The notes below the pieces were generated by a model. The model made no database searches and was not told the origin of the DNA. It saw only the letters and a program-made list of their open reading frames with translations. From Leucoraja ocellata (lineage: Eukaryota), in NCBI GenBank assembly GCA_036785375.1, contig JAWMAR010001091.1, forward strand, positions 310,001 to 374,000: 64,000 bases of DNA, in the 5' to 3' direction. A program made the position numbers and the translations under genes. Positions 37,351-51,883 of the stretch are shown in pieces (within the stretch, counting starts at the first letter, position 1; every line of letters starts with the position of its first letter).

Positions 37351-37694
37351 TACTCAATGATGAAGAATTGGTGTATGAGGTCTAAAATACAATTCATAAT
37401 AACGTGGACAATTGTGCTAGGTAATTCAGGAGATTAGGGATGAAATTCTTTAAACTAGTTACTGGAGGCAGCAGAAACCGGAGAGAGTTTCCATGCTTCC
37501 AAGGTAAGAACCAAAAAGAGCGCCAGGAGTCTTCCATTATTTGAATCTGACAATTTACTGCAGTTAAGCTAACTTATACCCACTAGACTGGGAAAAATCA
37601 GGGAAATTGCCTGCAGAAGGAACTTAGTGGTATCCGCATGCCATAATGTGATCTGTTCTAAATATCCATGAAAGAGCGATCTTCATTACTTACC

Positions 37695-37960
37695 TGATCC
37701 ACCCTCCTCCTCCACCAATCTTCTCTCCCCCCCGCTGACTCATCTGCCAGTCTATCCTTTATTACCTGGACCCACCCATCACTTGCCAACTCCTGCCTCA
37801 TCCCTTCCCTTAGCCTCTTTCTAGCAGCTATTGCTCCTCTACTCCGTCAGTCTGAAGAAGGGGTCTTGACCCGAAACGTCTGTCCATTTCCCTCCACAGA
37901 TTCAGCTTGACATGCCGAGTCCCTCCAGTAGTTTTGAACATCTGCAGACTCTTGCGTCTG
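37695..37960 (+). mobile_element. Penelope 3' UTR plus pLTR
   Basis: Pyrimidine-rich UTR, then CTGAAGA-AG-GGGT-CTTG-ACCC-GAAA-CGTC at 37852-37880. Confidence 0.7.
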
Positions 37961-38754
37961 TGTTCTCATTCCTAGTTGATTGTGGGCTAGTGGACCTTAC
38001 AATTAACTGCAGAACTCCTAGGCTTGGATATTGCTTGGGGAATAGTTGGGGGGGGGAGAAGAAAATCAACTTCCAATTGTTTCCAGTGTGTCTATAGGAG
38101 GGTGTGAACATGTGGCCTTCAGGCAACACTGACAACATTTGGCTGTGGCACTCATTCAACAGCCCGCTGGCAATTTATATTCAGAGATGAAGAATGGGTG
38201 CTTGATAATGGAGAACAGATATCACCTGGCAGTCAGCAGCAATTACCAAGTATGGAACGGAGGACATTTGACACACGGGTCTCTTTGGCACTATACCTTC
38301 ACTTAGACGTTGGCTAATCTTGTCTCCCCTTAAAAACCAAGTTCAGCCCAGAAGTCACAGTCTGCAACTTATAACCTCATACTTATTACTCTGTAATCTT
38401 CCTTGTCAATTGTAGCCACACTCATTTTAATAAAATACAATTGTTTTGAAAGAATCTTTGATCATTGCTTTTAAATAAAAACTCACCATCTAATACTAGG
38501 TGTAAACTTTGTATATCTACTATACCATGAACGGTGAGAGATAGCTCTGCTCTTATGCCTTGCATAAAGATTACTTGCATTGATTTAGTACAGAACTCAC
38601 ACTCTAAATTAAGCAGCTTACGTTATTTATTATCATACCATTTCAAGATCTTTTTTAAAATCTATTTTTCTCAATATATTTTTAAAAGGTATAACTTTGA
38701 TTCAAACGGTGAGTGTTTGGTACTTTATGGGATTACAACAAAAATATGGAAAAG

Positions 38755-39029
38755 CACTAGAGACCCAGGCATGATCCTGATTATTGGTGCTGCCTGTGTG
38801 GAGTTTGTACGTTCTGCCTGGGACCGCGTGGGTTTTCTCCGGGTGCTACGGTTTCCTCTGCACTCCAGACATGTGGGTTTGTAGGTTAATTGGCTTCTGT
38901 AAATTGCCCCCAGTGTGTAGAATCTGAAAGTGGGATACCAGGGTACGAGTGCACTGATGGTGAATGGTTGTCATGTCTCGGTGGGCGGAAAGGCCCATTT
39001 ACACGCTGTATCCCCAAACTAAACTAAAC
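38755..39029 (+). mobile_element. tRNA-derived SINE
   Basis: Same family, with an (aaact)n tail. Confidence 0.8.
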
Positions 39030-39433
39030 CATGAATGAATAAAACTATGAAATACAACTGCAAATACAGACAATAATTGAAATTCTGCTTAAGGACTGAT
39101 TCATTACTTCAGTGAAAGCATACAGTTTATCTTCTTGGTAACCCAGAATGAGAGGACGACTCTTTAAAAAAAAAAAGACAACTGCCTGACCTATTGTGCT
39201 GGAAGAATTTTAAAACAGAGCTAGATAAATTCTTGACCACTATGGGTGTCAAGGATTATGTGGAGAAGGCAGGAGAATGGGGTTAAGAGGGAGAGATAGA
39301 TCAGCTACGATTGAATGGCGGTGTATACTTGATGGACCAAATGGCCTAATTCTGCTCCTATCACTTATGACAATGAATGCTCTTCTACAGGAGCGTCTCA
39401 GTCCTACTTCCCACAGAATGCAACAGATGTTAA

Positions 39434-39537
39434 GTGAGTCTGAAGTGAGTCTGAAGAAGGGTTTCGGCCCGAAACGTTGCCTATTTCCTTCGCTCCATAG
39501 ATGCTGCTGCACCCGCTGAGTTTCTCCAGCTTTTCTG
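39434..39537 (+). mobile_element. Young solo pLTR element (UUCG subfamily)
   Basis: 15-bp direct repeat tgcaacagatgttaa (39419-39433 and 39538-39552). Intact core at 39451. Confidence 0.8.
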
Positions 39538-40212
39538 TGCAACAGATGTTAACTTGCCTTCACCCTGAGCAAAGAACCCTTGACATTAACACCAAGACCA
39601 ACATTCTTCCAGCTCGGTATGTCAGCCAGTTGCCTTTTTTTTTTTTTTAATGTATTTTTTTTTTTTTTTTTTAAAGAGTCATCCTACCATTCTGGTTATG
39701 AAGAAGATGTACTTCATTTTGTTCCCACTTACTATAAGAGATATCAGGAAAATTTGTGCAAAACACACAATTCTCAGTAATTTACACCATTACGAGCAGA
39801 TTTACAATCAATTAATTGTATGGCCCATCCACCCACCACTGCCTGTGACTGTTTTTCCTATAAATGATTATCACTTATATCAGCAATATAATTTTACTTA
39901 TTACATATTGGTATTAGTCATTACCTACATATTATTAAATCAATTTTCAAAAATAGAAGGCAATTTTCTAGAAACAACTACTGACTACTTTTGATCAGGA
40001 CTTAGAAGTTTAGGAAAATACCTTTAAGTGACGTTTCATAGCATCAACAAGGTTCCTTTCAAATACATCATGATTAAAATGGTAGGACTACTGCATCAGC
40101 AATCAATATGATAGGGCATTATACAAAGAAAAATAGATTACCAAGCATACAGGCCAACATTTTTTTTTTGATGAACTAATGCCAAAGAACAATATGAATG
40201 AATCATTTTATC

Positions 40213-40523
40213 TTAGTTTAGTTTAGGGGCACAGCATGGAAACATGCCCATCAGCCCTCCGAGTTCAAGCCGACCAGTGATCACCCACACACCAGTTCCA
40301 AGCCAAACCATTTTTGCATCCTACACACTAGGGACAATTCACAGAAGTCGGCAATTAACCTGAAAACTGGCACATCTTTGGAATATGGGAGGAAACCAGA
40401 GAAAACCCACACAGTCACAGGGCGAACGTACAAATTCACCCAGACAGCACCCGAGGTCAGGATGGAATCCAGGTCTCTGGCGCTGTGAGGCAGTGGCTCT
40501 ACCATGTACACCACTGCTCTGCC
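40213..40523 (-). mobile_element. tRNA-derived SINE
   Basis: Full-length copy of the same family. Confidence 0.8.
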
Positions 40524-41659
40524 CACACATCGTTTTTTTTCCCCAAATAGGTAGTACTGCCATGGTATGGTTGTGATATCTACTTGCATAAAAATGTTAA
40601 AGCATTTCAAAAACTTAAGTCAGATATTGTAGAATGTTTCAGTAACATTGTGGGATGAGATTTTAAATTGATGAAACAAGTCTGCAACAATCTCCTAAAT
40701 GAATGCCGCCTGGTGGTGTTTACCTGCATTGCATTTGAATGATTTAATGGGTAAAATATCGACATTTGAATGAAGAAACAAGAAACTGCAGAAGATGGGA
40801 TCTTGAGCAAAAAAACAAAGTACAGGAGAAACTCAACGGAATAGGGAATGGACAGATGACATTTCAGGTAAGGACCTTTCATCAGACTGTAGTAACCTTT
40901 CATCAGACAAGTCATTTAAAGGCCAGCTGGTCAGAATTCAGGACCAACATTTTCCTGTGAGGAAGGTGTGGATGGCAAAGTTCAGGAACATTGGATGATG
41001 AGAGACGTTGAAATTTAATCACAAAGAAAATGAAGTATATGGAGATTATGGAAGCTGAAATTGGACTATGCCTTTGAGGAACACAAAGGAATCAGGTGAA
41101 AGCTTAAACAGGTACCAGGAAGGCTAAAAGCAGCCATGAAATGTGCTCTGCAGGTTTAACTAAAAAGAGAATCCCAGGGAACTTCGTACATACATTAAGA
41201 ACAAGGGAGTAACTAGGGAGAGGGTGGGACCACTCAAGGACAAAGGAAGATATGAAGCCAGAGGCAGCAAGTGAGGTTCTAACGAGTACTGTCTACTCCC
41301 TCCACTGATGTTGCCTGACCTGCTGAGTTCCTCCAGCACTTTGTCTTTTGCTCAAGATTCCAGCATCTGCAGTTACTTGTGTCAGGGGAAGTAAGCATGG
41401 TACTAAATGATAACTTCACATCGGCAGTCACCAAGTAGAGAGAAGGGCCTTTTCCTGTGCTGTATTGCTCCATGGTCTTCCTCACATCAGCTTAATTCTA
41501 CTCAAAAGCGAAAGTGATATCAATTATTTTCATAGCAATTATGGCCCAAGGATAGATTTCACAGAATGTTGTGAATACAACAAGCAAACAGAGATAATTT
41601 CTTCTTACTGCTGCAACTTAATTATTTAAATATTTGCCGCATTGATATACAGAGGAATC

Positions 41660-42395
41660 TTGTGACACAAGTTCGAAAGTGCTGAAAGTGGCTACAGTTG
41701 CAAAGAAGGTAAATTGCATACTTATCCTTCATCTGTCAGGTCATAGGGGATAAAAGTTGGGAATTCTTGTTCCAGCTTAGGTGACGTTTGATGTAATGTG
41801 TACAGTTCTGCTAGCCACACTTTAGGAAGAATGTAGAAGTTTTGGAGAGGGTGTAAAAGAAGTTGACCAGGATATTGATGGATTGGAGTGTATTAGCTAC
41901 AAGGAGAGGTTTCACAAACTTGGATTGTTTTCAGTGGAGCATTAAAGGCTAAATTATAGAAACATACAAAATAGGTGCAGGAGTAGGCCATTTGGCCCTT
42001 TGAACCAGCATCGCCATTCAATATGATCATGGCCGATTGATCATCCAAAATTGACCTGATAGAGGTATATGAAATTATGAGAAGCACAGATAGGGTAGAT
42101 GGTTGGAGTCTCTACCCCAGGGTATTATCGTCAAATACTTGAGGGCATTGGTTTAAGATAGAGGGTGAAATTTTAAAGGAGATGTACAAATCAAGTTTTT
42201 TTTTTCCACAGAGATTGGCAAGTGCCTGGAACACAATGCTAGGGCTGGTGGTAGAAGCAGATACGTCAGCAATGTTTAAGAAGCATTTAGACAAGGAATA
42301 CAGGGACACCGACCATCTGCAGACACATGGGATTAGTTTAGATCGGCGCAGACACGGTGGGCTGAAGGACTTGTTCCGGCACTGTGCTGCTCAAT
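41660..42395 (+). mobile_element. CR1-type LINE ORF2 3' fragment with a short antisense CR1 tail inserted (about 41958-42047)
   Basis: Degenerate CR1 C-terminal motifs (cagttctg..gccacac.ttaggaaga, gacctgatagaggtatat.aaattatgag). Confidence 0.75.
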
Positions 42396-43150
42396 GTAAT
42401 AATTTATCTATAACATTAGAAAGTGCAATTCACGTTAAAATGCAGAAAATTAGACAAAACAAAGAAAAACTAATGGGAATGAAAGCACAATAGCTAAGTT
42501 ATTGGACTAGCATTAGAGGACTGGACTATTGATCTCAAAACATAATTAAATCCTGCCATGGCAGATGGAAAATTTAATTCAAAATAATCAAATGAATAGT
42601 TATCATTAATGGTGACACATGCAAGTTCTCACTGCTGTGGCTCATATTCAAATCATTTATTCACACTTCAGGTGAGGGGAATCTGCAAGGGAACCTCAAT
42701 CCTGTATTCTCCCCACAACTCCCTATCCACACGCGCGCACACATACACACACGCACGCACGCAACTAAAGCTTATGGCATATTAAGCCAACATTTCCTAA
42801 CTAATACTGAATCGTGTTCGGTAAAAGTTTTAAAAGTTATGAAACCATAGAAGATGTAATTAAGATATCAGCTCTGATCTACTTTAATGGTGAAACAGGA
42901 TAGAGACCAGATTGCAATAAATTGCATGACCTTCAGTGCATTAAACACATTGATAAATATAATGATATAGATAATGAGTCTGATTTTTTTAGAAATTGTT
43001 GTTACAAAGTTTGATAAATACTTTAACATTTGTTTTTCACTTTTACTTTTTAATGTGATGAATTGAGTGAATTTGAATATTTTGCTTGTGAAATAATAAA
43101 TAGCATGATAGGAATGCAACAAGATTGTTGCAATATTTAGTTACTCATGA

Positions 43151-43366
43151 AGATAGACACAAAATGCTGGAGTAATTCAGCAGGACAGGCAACATCTCTG
43201 GACGGAAGGAATGGGTGACGTTTCAGGTCGTGACGCTTCTACGAGAAGAAAAAAAATATTTTTTTTTAAATCATTTTTTCCAGTGATGCTGTCTGTCCCG
43301 CTGAGTTACTCCAGCATTTTGTGTTTATCTTCAGTGTAAACCAGCATCTGCAGTTCCTTCCTACAC
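43151..43366. mobile_element. Fold-back Penelope pLTR element next to the GALK2 exon 8 donor
   Basis: 16-bp direct repeat atttagttactcatga (43135-43150 and 43367-43382). Inverted arms, with the tail on the right arm only. Confidence 0.8.
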
Positions 43367-43438
43367 ATTTAGTTACTCATGACTCTCCAAACCAAAAGAA
43401 TGCTATTAAACAAGATTTGACCAACAAGATCGACTCAC

Positions 43439-43646
43439 CATCCTGTGTGTTCTGAGTGAGAATGTTGTATAGTTCCTTCTGGCTTATACCAAGGCACTGA
43501 CAAACCTCCTCCCTGCTGTAAGGTTCCGGGTGCAGCACTTGTTCCACAGTTGAAAGCATTGTCTCCAGATCCACTCCAAGTCCATGCTGCAAGTCTCCCA
43601 GTTTTAAAAGTTTCTGCCACTCAAGCCCTTTAGCTTTTGCTAGGAC
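43439..43646 (-). CDS. GALK2: GALK2 coding exon (about exon 8)
   Basis: [69 protein letters not shown]. atttag|GTC ... GATG|gtgagt. 208 nt, phase 0-1. Confidence 0.94.
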
Positions 43647-43684
43647 CTAAATACCAAAAGAAAGGCACACAGTTAATATTACAC

Positions 43685-43870
43685 GGAGAAACAAGGAACA
43701 GCAGATGCTGGAGTCCTGATTAAAAACACAAAGTGCTGGAGGATCTCAGCAGGTCAGGAAAACACCTGTGGAGGGAATGGACAGGTGACATTTCAGGTCC
43801 CGGCCATTCATCTGAAGCAGAATCGTTGTCATTCTATTCCTCTCTACAGATACAGCCTGACCCACTGACA
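43685..43870. mobile_element. Fold-back Penelope pLTR element next to the GALK2 exon 8 acceptor
   Basis: gaaacaaggaacagcagatgctgg...gacatttcagg, then the inverted arm ...ctacagatacagcctgacccactga. Confidence 0.7.
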
Positions 43871-45070
43871 GCGTAAACTGATGTGACAGGAGAATTTGGG
43901 TGTCATTTTACAGTCACAACTGTGCCTTTACCCGTCTGCACATCTGTACACCCACAGCGACGGCTGCGGAGGATTGAGGTCCCGACCATGGGGGAAAATG
44001 GAGGAGGACTGACCAAATTTTGTGCCTTCCATCACAGTGATGAATGCTGTGGCGGATGTTTGTGTTAAATTTTTAGTGTGTTTGTGTGTGTTCTTTATCA
44101 TTGTATCGCTGCTGGCAAATTCATTTCACTTGCACTTGATGTGCAATGTGACGAATAAAGCCGTATTGTATTGTATTGTAGTTGGCTACAAAGGTCCGTT
44201 GCAGCCGTCTCCTCCTCTAGAACCCTCCAAACCTCTTCATTAAGATATCTATAAGATTAATCCATGTTCCACCACATAACTAAGCTTCTATTCATTGCAT
44301 CAGCAAATTTCTTTTGCAGCCTTTCTATGGTCTGTCTATATATCCTTTGTACACTCAAGCCGGGAATAATTTTATAATTCTGGCTTATCTGAGAGGGATA
44401 ATTCTATATTTTTTAAATTCAGTACCCCTGTTAGAAAAGTAGATTGGGCAAGCAGTAGAGCTATTGGCTCTCAATAAACACACTCGCCATTTGTCTCACT
44501 AAGTTATCCAAGTATAAAGTAAAAATGTGTAGGTAGGAACTGCAGATGCCGGTTTAAATCGAAGATAGACACAAAAAGCTGGAGTAACTCAGTGGGACAG
44601 GCATCATCTCTGAAGAGAAGGAATGGGTGACGTTTCGGTTCGAGACCCTCCTTCAGGCATAAAGAAAGAATGTTCACATGGACATTATCATGGCGTTATG
44701 GATTTACCTGTAGTATTGGGAGCCACAACTTGATGTAGCAAAAGCAGAATAAAAATACCTCCTCCTGAAGTTGCACAAAGTGAGATGTAGCAACCATGCT
44801 GCTTATTTATTTTTCATACTAGAATAACATTTATACCATTAGATTAGGACGCTGGACTGATTAGCAAAGGAAAAGGCATGCTGTTATGAAGTAATAATTC
44901 ACACTTCACAAATCAATAAGATTATTAAATGTTTGGAAAAGGATTTTAACTGTTGGAGGAAGATTTCTGAGGAAAGAAAACATTGCTACCAGCAGCCTGT
45001 TACATTCTAATTCTTACCAAGCTAGCTTTCAGCTCATCTCCATAAATGCAAGCTTATCCCTAACTGGTTG

Positions 45071-45400
45071 TTCAGAGATACAGCATGGAACCAGGCCCTT
45101 CGGCCCACATAGTCATGCCACTATTGATCACGCATTCACACTATTTCTATGTTATCCCACACTTTCTCATTCACTCCCCACACACCCAGGGGCTATTTAC
45201 CGAGGCTAATTATCCTACAAACCCTGCATGCCTTTGGTATATGGGAGGAGACCGGGGAACCAGGAGGAAACCCATGCGGACACAGGGGGATCGTGCAAAC
45301 TCCACACAGACAATACCCAAGGTCAGTATCAAACCCAGTTATCTGGCGATGTGAGCCAGCAACTCTACCAACCGCATCAGTGTGCTGCCCTTTGTGCCAC
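45071..45400 (-). mobile_element. tRNA-derived SINE (diverged)
   Basis: Same family motifs, more divergent. Confidence 0.75.
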
Positions 45401-48388
45401 TGTGCCAAAACTAGCTCGTTCTCTATACAGGTATAAGCAACACCATAATTTAAAAAATCTTCACCTTGTTTAAAAGCTCCTTTCTAATCTCACTCTGCTT
45501 AACCATGTAACCTTCTCTAGCCTAGAAGCCACAGATATTGCTTTCTCCTATTTCTAGCCTGTTTTCCATCCATTTCTCATCTTTCCATCATTGACAGCCA
45601 CGTTTCCAATTATTTCAATCAGAAGTTGTGAAACTCGGCCACAAATCTCTCAGACCCTTTTTAGTAAGTTTGTGAAGCACCTCTTTATTTAACCACTTAG
45701 CCATCTCTCCAAGGTGCTTGGCATTGTTTTGTTTGATAACTGTTCCTTCAAAGCAATTTACTGTGCTACATAAATGAAACCCATTGGTGCCTTTGAGTCG
45801 AGAATTAGAAAGAGACTAATTATTCTACAAATTCACTGGGAACGATCCCTGTATCTGGCTCACATGGATTATATCGACTGGGCTTTTCCCAATTTTTCTC
45901 CTTTGATATTAAGATTACTGTCAGCATGCTCTTTACAACCTTCCTAATTTATTTCCCCCCACAGTTCGTGTATGGCACCTCATACAAGAGAATTATGACA
46001 CTGCACAAATCACACTGCTAGCATTTTGAATACTTACCAGAACAATATAATACAGCAACCCAAACTATGCAGAAAGGATCAAGATTTCAGTTCCAGGCGA
46101 TCCATCCAAACACATTTCTCTAGAGGCAAGTGTCTAATATTTTCTATCATCTTGATTCATGGGTTTCAAACTGACATCGAGTGGGTGTCGATGTTCTCTC
46201 TGTGCCTCTTGTGCTACAACCTCACATTCCCACTCTCTGTCTAATTAATGATAGCCCATTGGTGTTGTTAACTAATGCACGATAAATTAATTGTGCCAAC
46301 TTTCGGGTTGTCTGGCAGCTCTCTGCATGTTGTTTTGCCAACGATCATGTACACTTGAAAGTTAATGGGATGCCACAACATTGTTGAAAGGTTAGGATGA
46401 GGCTTAACATTCCCGGGAATGCAGCCATTGGGGAAAAAGTGCACGCACTCCCTTCCTAATATATGCATTCCATTAGAAAATTGATGAAATCATCAGATTT
46501 GCCAAATAAGAAATCAGTGAACAGTATGTGGCAAAGCACTGCTCATCTGAGAACTCTGTCATCATAAGCAAACCAAGAGGAACCAGGCGCACAGACTGTC
46601 AGAGCTGCAAAAACTCTCATTAGCACAGGCAAAGCAAACTCTTTCCTGAACAAAATGGCAAATCATTCATAATATTGTGTATGGAGCCAAGCATTAATAA
46701 TTATCTGGGTTAGATGTGTCCAGTTTTTTGTGGCCAGGACATTGTTGGGCGGATGTTAATATTGTAGCTGTGCTGAGCAGTTTAGCTGAGCATCTTCCTT
46801 GTTCTGGAGCACCACATTTATGCTGTTGGGGGGGGGGAGAGGACATATACTACGTCCCATACACCCAGTTGTTTCTTGATATTATTTGGAGTTAAACAGA
46901 TTGACTGAAGGAGGATAGTAACCACAAAAAGCTAGAGTAACTCAGCAGGTCAGACAGCATCTCTGGAGAAAAGGAATAGGTGATGTTTCGGGTTGAACCC
47001 TCCAAATCAAAATGTCTTCCAGATATGCTACCTGACCCAGCACTGTGTGTTCTGCGCAAGATTCCAGTATCTGCAGTTCCTTGTGTCTACATTTGACTGA
47101 GAAATGTATTGATGAGCACCTAAGGAGGAGGTTAAGAATACCATTCGCTCCGTCCATCTTTCAATGGTGAGCACTGAAAGCAAAATCATCAATTGTGCTC
47201 TAATCTAATAAGCAAACAAAAGGCTGTAAAGCACCTAGAGCTAGAAAAGAACAGGTCTCACAGCAAACTTCATCTTACCACTGTGAAACTCACTTTTAAG
47301 GGTCCTTTCTGAATTGTCCAGAACTACTAGAAAATCTCAGGGTAGAGAGATTCTGTCATCATTCACATGCCTTCAATTTGTGGATTTCAACAGCAACACT
47401 TCTTGTCAAATGGAATGCAGGTAAAGGTGAAATTGTACATATTGACAAGAAAGGAAACAATAGTATATTCTCTAAATTAGGTGAACTTGCAGAGTCCCAA
47501 GAAGGCAACCACATCTTCCAACAATTTGATGATGATTGTAGTAAACTGACTGGGTCATAATTATTGGATTTTTGTGAGGACAACACACACACCTTAGGTT
47601 CCCTAATTCCCAATAGAACCTGCATTCTACTTTTTATGGCTCATGTACTGTGAAAAGTTGACCACGTTACCCATTACAGAACCCACAAAGCCAGAGTGGA
47701 TGTATGTCATCCTTGATCCCTAAGAATTGATGAAGATGAAGTTATATAAAGCACTGGTGAGGGACTGGTGAACATTAAGATGACGATAAAGATGAAGACA
47801 TCTTCGAAGACCCCAGATCCCTCTCCACCCAGGCCTCTGCAAATTCTCATAATTTAGATCATATGTTTTTTTTCCCCTTTCCTATTACAATGGACAATTT
47901 CACACTTTCTCATCTTATATTCTGTTTGTCAAACCTTTACCGATTCATTTAAGTGCTTGAGGAACTCCGCGGATCAGGCAGCATCTGTGTAGGGAATGGA
48001 CAGGCGAAGTTTGGGGTTAGGCCCCTTCTTTGGTCTGATGGAGTAGGGGGCAGAAAGCTGGAAAAGAGAGATGGGGAAGGACCCAGGAATGGGAGACGAG
48101 TGTACAAAGCTTTGTCTTTTAACTAGACGTATATACTTGTAACTAATTGTGTACATTTCAGTTTGACTTCTTTCACATAAAGGTGTTTGCCTCAGTTTTT
48201 ACTCCATGGCAAATTCTGAGCCATTAGCTAAACTAGTAGTTCACAAAAACTAATGTAGTCAATGGGTCAAATTACCGACACCATATACGAGCATGTAGTG
48301 CTGTTCTTTGGAATACCATGAGAAATTATTATTATATAACATACAACTGTTGTTTGTCAGGAAAAGCAATAAAATTGAGCAGTGATAC

Positions 48389-48541
48389 CTTTGCAGCAAT
48401 TCGACACTCCACTACTCTGATATTGAAGTGAGTTGTTGCAGCTTTATTCATTTCTTTGCAACTGTTCGCAATCACGAAAACTGCTCCGTTTGGAACCTTT
48501 ACATTGGTGGCACGGAGTGGGTTGAATTCAATCAACTTGGC
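48389..48541 (-). CDS. GALK2: GALK2 coding exon (about exon 7)
   Basis: [51 protein letters not shown]. tttcatag|GCC ... AAG|gtatca. 153 nt, phase 0-0. Confidence 0.96.
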
Positions 48542-51401
48542 CTATGAAAGATAAAATGGTCATTTGTAGATATGTAACCGGTAACACCATTCGACATGTA
48601 CGTTTAGACCAACCTGTACGAAGCTTTGCGTTACATAACAACAATGTCGCACGCACCTGCAATATTTGTAGATCATGGCTCAGAGTATTTCATGGTAATA
48701 ATCCCTTTCCCTTAAAGGTTAAAGGCAACGAGAACAAAATGAGGAAATAATTTCACGTTGACTAGCTCTCTGTTAGCCAATCAAAAATTGGACAGGAATA
48801 AGGCCAGCAAGTCGGGTTTCATTAAAACAAAATAAATGAAGTAGTGATTTCCGAGATGTTTACGAATATGAAGAGATGTCAAGAAGGCCACTTGATAATT
48901 TGCATAACATGAAAGCATTGAAACATGATTATGCATAAATAATTTGGGACAGAGAAGAACAAAATTACAGAGAGAAAATTATGAAATCGCAAAAGTCAGT
49001 GATTGAAGCAGAGACCATGTCTGCATTTCAGTTCGATAAGAGGCTGGGGCAACGGGAAATAATGCGATTTGAAAACAAGTCTGGCTGGTTATTGCTTGGG
49101 TGGAGGAAGAACATTCATATGGATTGGCTGGGCTGTAATGGCACATGTCCATACCGCAATTACTTCCCTTTGATACAAATGGCCTCAGTACACATGGACG
49201 GCTGTGGCAGTTCCACTCTGGTTTTCTTTCAATTACCTTCTGCTTAAACTGTAAAGAGAGACCATGATTATGCCCTACGTGGTCAAATGGCTCCCAAGTC
49301 ACTCGTACATTAAGAATAAACAGTGCAGTTAGGCACGAGCACTGCATCATGTTATCATGAGTCAGCATTTTCAGTCGAAGAACAGAGAATGAAATAAAAA
49401 GATGTTTGTGTGACAAATTTTTGGCAGAACTGGAAAAATTTTGTTTTTTATTTTCCACATATCCTTGGTCTTCTGAATCTGAATAAGAACATGGGCAAAG
49501 AACAGATGTACTTCGAGGCTCCTGGCAGCCATGGGTGTTCCAGGCAATTATAAATTTTCAGCTGACCCAACGTTCCACTCCATGTGATTTAAATTATATG
49601 TTCGAAGATAACGCACTGCATGGATCTCAATTAAAAACATGAAAGAAATGTACCATGATTGCAAGGTTTGTAGATGGGATGCTTTCAGTTGGCAGAATGT
49701 CCTACTGTTGTACAACTTGCCAAATCTTTTACAATAGGGTAATTGTGACTCCAGAAATATTTCTATTGAAGATCCCAATTGTGTACCAACCAAGGGATGT
49801 GTATATTACTCAGTCACTGCTGGTACTGCAATTGCATTAAATAATTAATTTGTACATTTGTACAAAAACTATTGCACATTCCAGTACAAAGATCACCCAT
49901 AATAATCTGCACTACCAGAGGGAAAATAAAATAAACAAATTAAACTCCAGTTTATTACAACCTCCTGGGACCTTTGACTAGTTGTTAATAATTCAATTTT
50001 AAAAGCAAATGCTGCTCAGCAAGCGGTTTAGAGATTATCATTTGTCAGTCCGTGTGAAATTCATGTACTGTACATGGTCTAATGACATTTCATCATGGAT
50101 TCTATTTCACTCATGGTAACTTGCAAGGATAAACACTTCATAAAATAGTATCCGTCCTTCAAATTTACTAAGCAATCACAGCATGTTGTCACCGACAGGC
50201 CACCTTCAAAGATGAGCATGATAACACTAAAATCTTCATGCTTCATGTAGTGCACGGTGACTTCACTTTCATGTGCCTGCTACATGGAAAGACCATGGAA
50301 TCAACGGCAAATTTCCCAATGATATGAACACACACTTATAAAGCTTGTGAACATCGTTCGAATTTGATGGTTCCTTCCTTAAACCTACTCATCATTTCTC
50401 TGGACAATCATTTATTACCAGTTCAGCTGCAAAGCTTTCTTCACCGCAGCTACCAAACAATTACCAACTTCATGAACTTATCCCTTCTATGAATATTTCA
50501 CAAAGACCAATGCTAGAAATCTTCTGAAAATACATGTTAGTACTTGCTGAAGCAGAATAACAGTGCATATCCTCAAGCACTTTGTGTCCTTTTTTGCAAA
50601 CCAGTATGTGCAGTTCCTTGTTCCTACATCCAAGAGTGCTTCTGGATACTTTTTCTGCTATATTTCTAAGAGTAACTGATCGAGAACATGCAGATAATGT
50701 CTCGATCTTTTCTCAATATGGTGAAAAAAATGTTCATACACCAATCCCAAGATACTTCCATGCTTTGTGCGAAACCTCTCTCATGTACTTAATGATATTA
50801 GGGTATTTTAGGAGAAACTGATTACCTGACATGCAACACATATCTGAAAAGGATGGTCTGAGCATCTTCTGACTTTTCATTTCTATTATTGGGTATGTTT
50901 AGAAGGAATTGCAGATGCTGGTTTATACCGAAGATAGACAGAAAATGCTGGAGTAACTCAGCGGGTCTGGCAACATCTTTGCAAAAAAGGAATAGGTGAC
51001 ACTTCGAGTCACCTATTCCTTTTCCCCAGAGATGTTGCCTGACCTGCTGAGTTACTCCAGCACTATGTGTCTATCCATTAACGGGTATGATAGACTCAGC
51101 AATGATAATGCAATAGTAGGTAACTAGATTTTCATGTTAGAGATGACCAATGTTGGGCAAATTTGCAAAATAAATGTTATTTTCTACTTGTAAGCCCATG
51201 CTTGAATTTTATTTTGTCTTGTATGCTTGAGAATCAAGTGTTTCATTTGCTGAGGATTTGCAAATGAAATTAAACTTTATGCAATCATAAGCAAACAACT
51301 TCAATTCAAACCTAATAAGGGAAGGAAGCATTATAACCAGAGGATTGTAATCACTTCATGCAAGTACTGATGTATCTCAGAAGTTTAAATAAAATGATTA
51401 C

Positions 51402-51500
51402 CATTCCCTTTTCTGCCAAGAATGAAATGGATTGGTCCATACCACCACCTTCAGTCCCAATGTAGCGCTCACATCTTGCACAGATTTCTGCAAGTTCTAT
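51402..51500 (-). CDS. GALK2: GALK2 coding exon (about exon 6)
   Basis: [33 protein letters not shown], with the catalytic GGGMDQ motif. ttatttatag|ATA ... ATG|gtaatc. 99 nt, phase 0-0. Absent from the ORF track. Confidence 0.96.
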
Positions 51501-51596
51501 CTATAAATAAATTGAAATGAATAATTACACATATTTAGTCTACACATCAGTCAATAGTGGAAAAAGAATACATTGATTCAGGAATAAACTGTTGAC

Positions 51597-51883
51597 TTAG
51601 TTTAGTTTAAAGATACAGCAGGGAAACAGCTTTGGCCCACCAAGTACGTGCTGATCAACGATCTCCCATGCACTAGCTCTATCCTGCACAATAGGGCCAA
51701 TTTTGCAGAAGCCAATTAAACTACAAACCAGTTAAGTGAGAGGAAACCGGTGCACCTGGAGAAAATGCACGCGGTCACAGGGAGAACATACAAACTCCGT
51801 CAGACAGTACCCATAGTCAGGATCGAATCCAGTGCTCTAGCCCTTCAAGGCAGCAACTCTACCATTGCACCACTGTGCTGCCC
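51597..51883 (-). mobile_element. tRNA-derived SINE
   Basis: Same family; the (tttag)n tail is about 100 nt from the GALK2 exon 6 acceptor. Confidence 0.8.

Noticed and set aside
22118-39672. Homopolymer and CA microsatellite runs (G at 22118, C at 25940, CA at 31036 and 36288, T at 39634)
   Set aside because: These are ordinary simple repeats with no further structure.
48979-49458. 159-aa minus-strand ORF in a GALK2 intron
   Set aside because: No homology, it is not needed for the GALK2 frame, and its composition looks non-coding.
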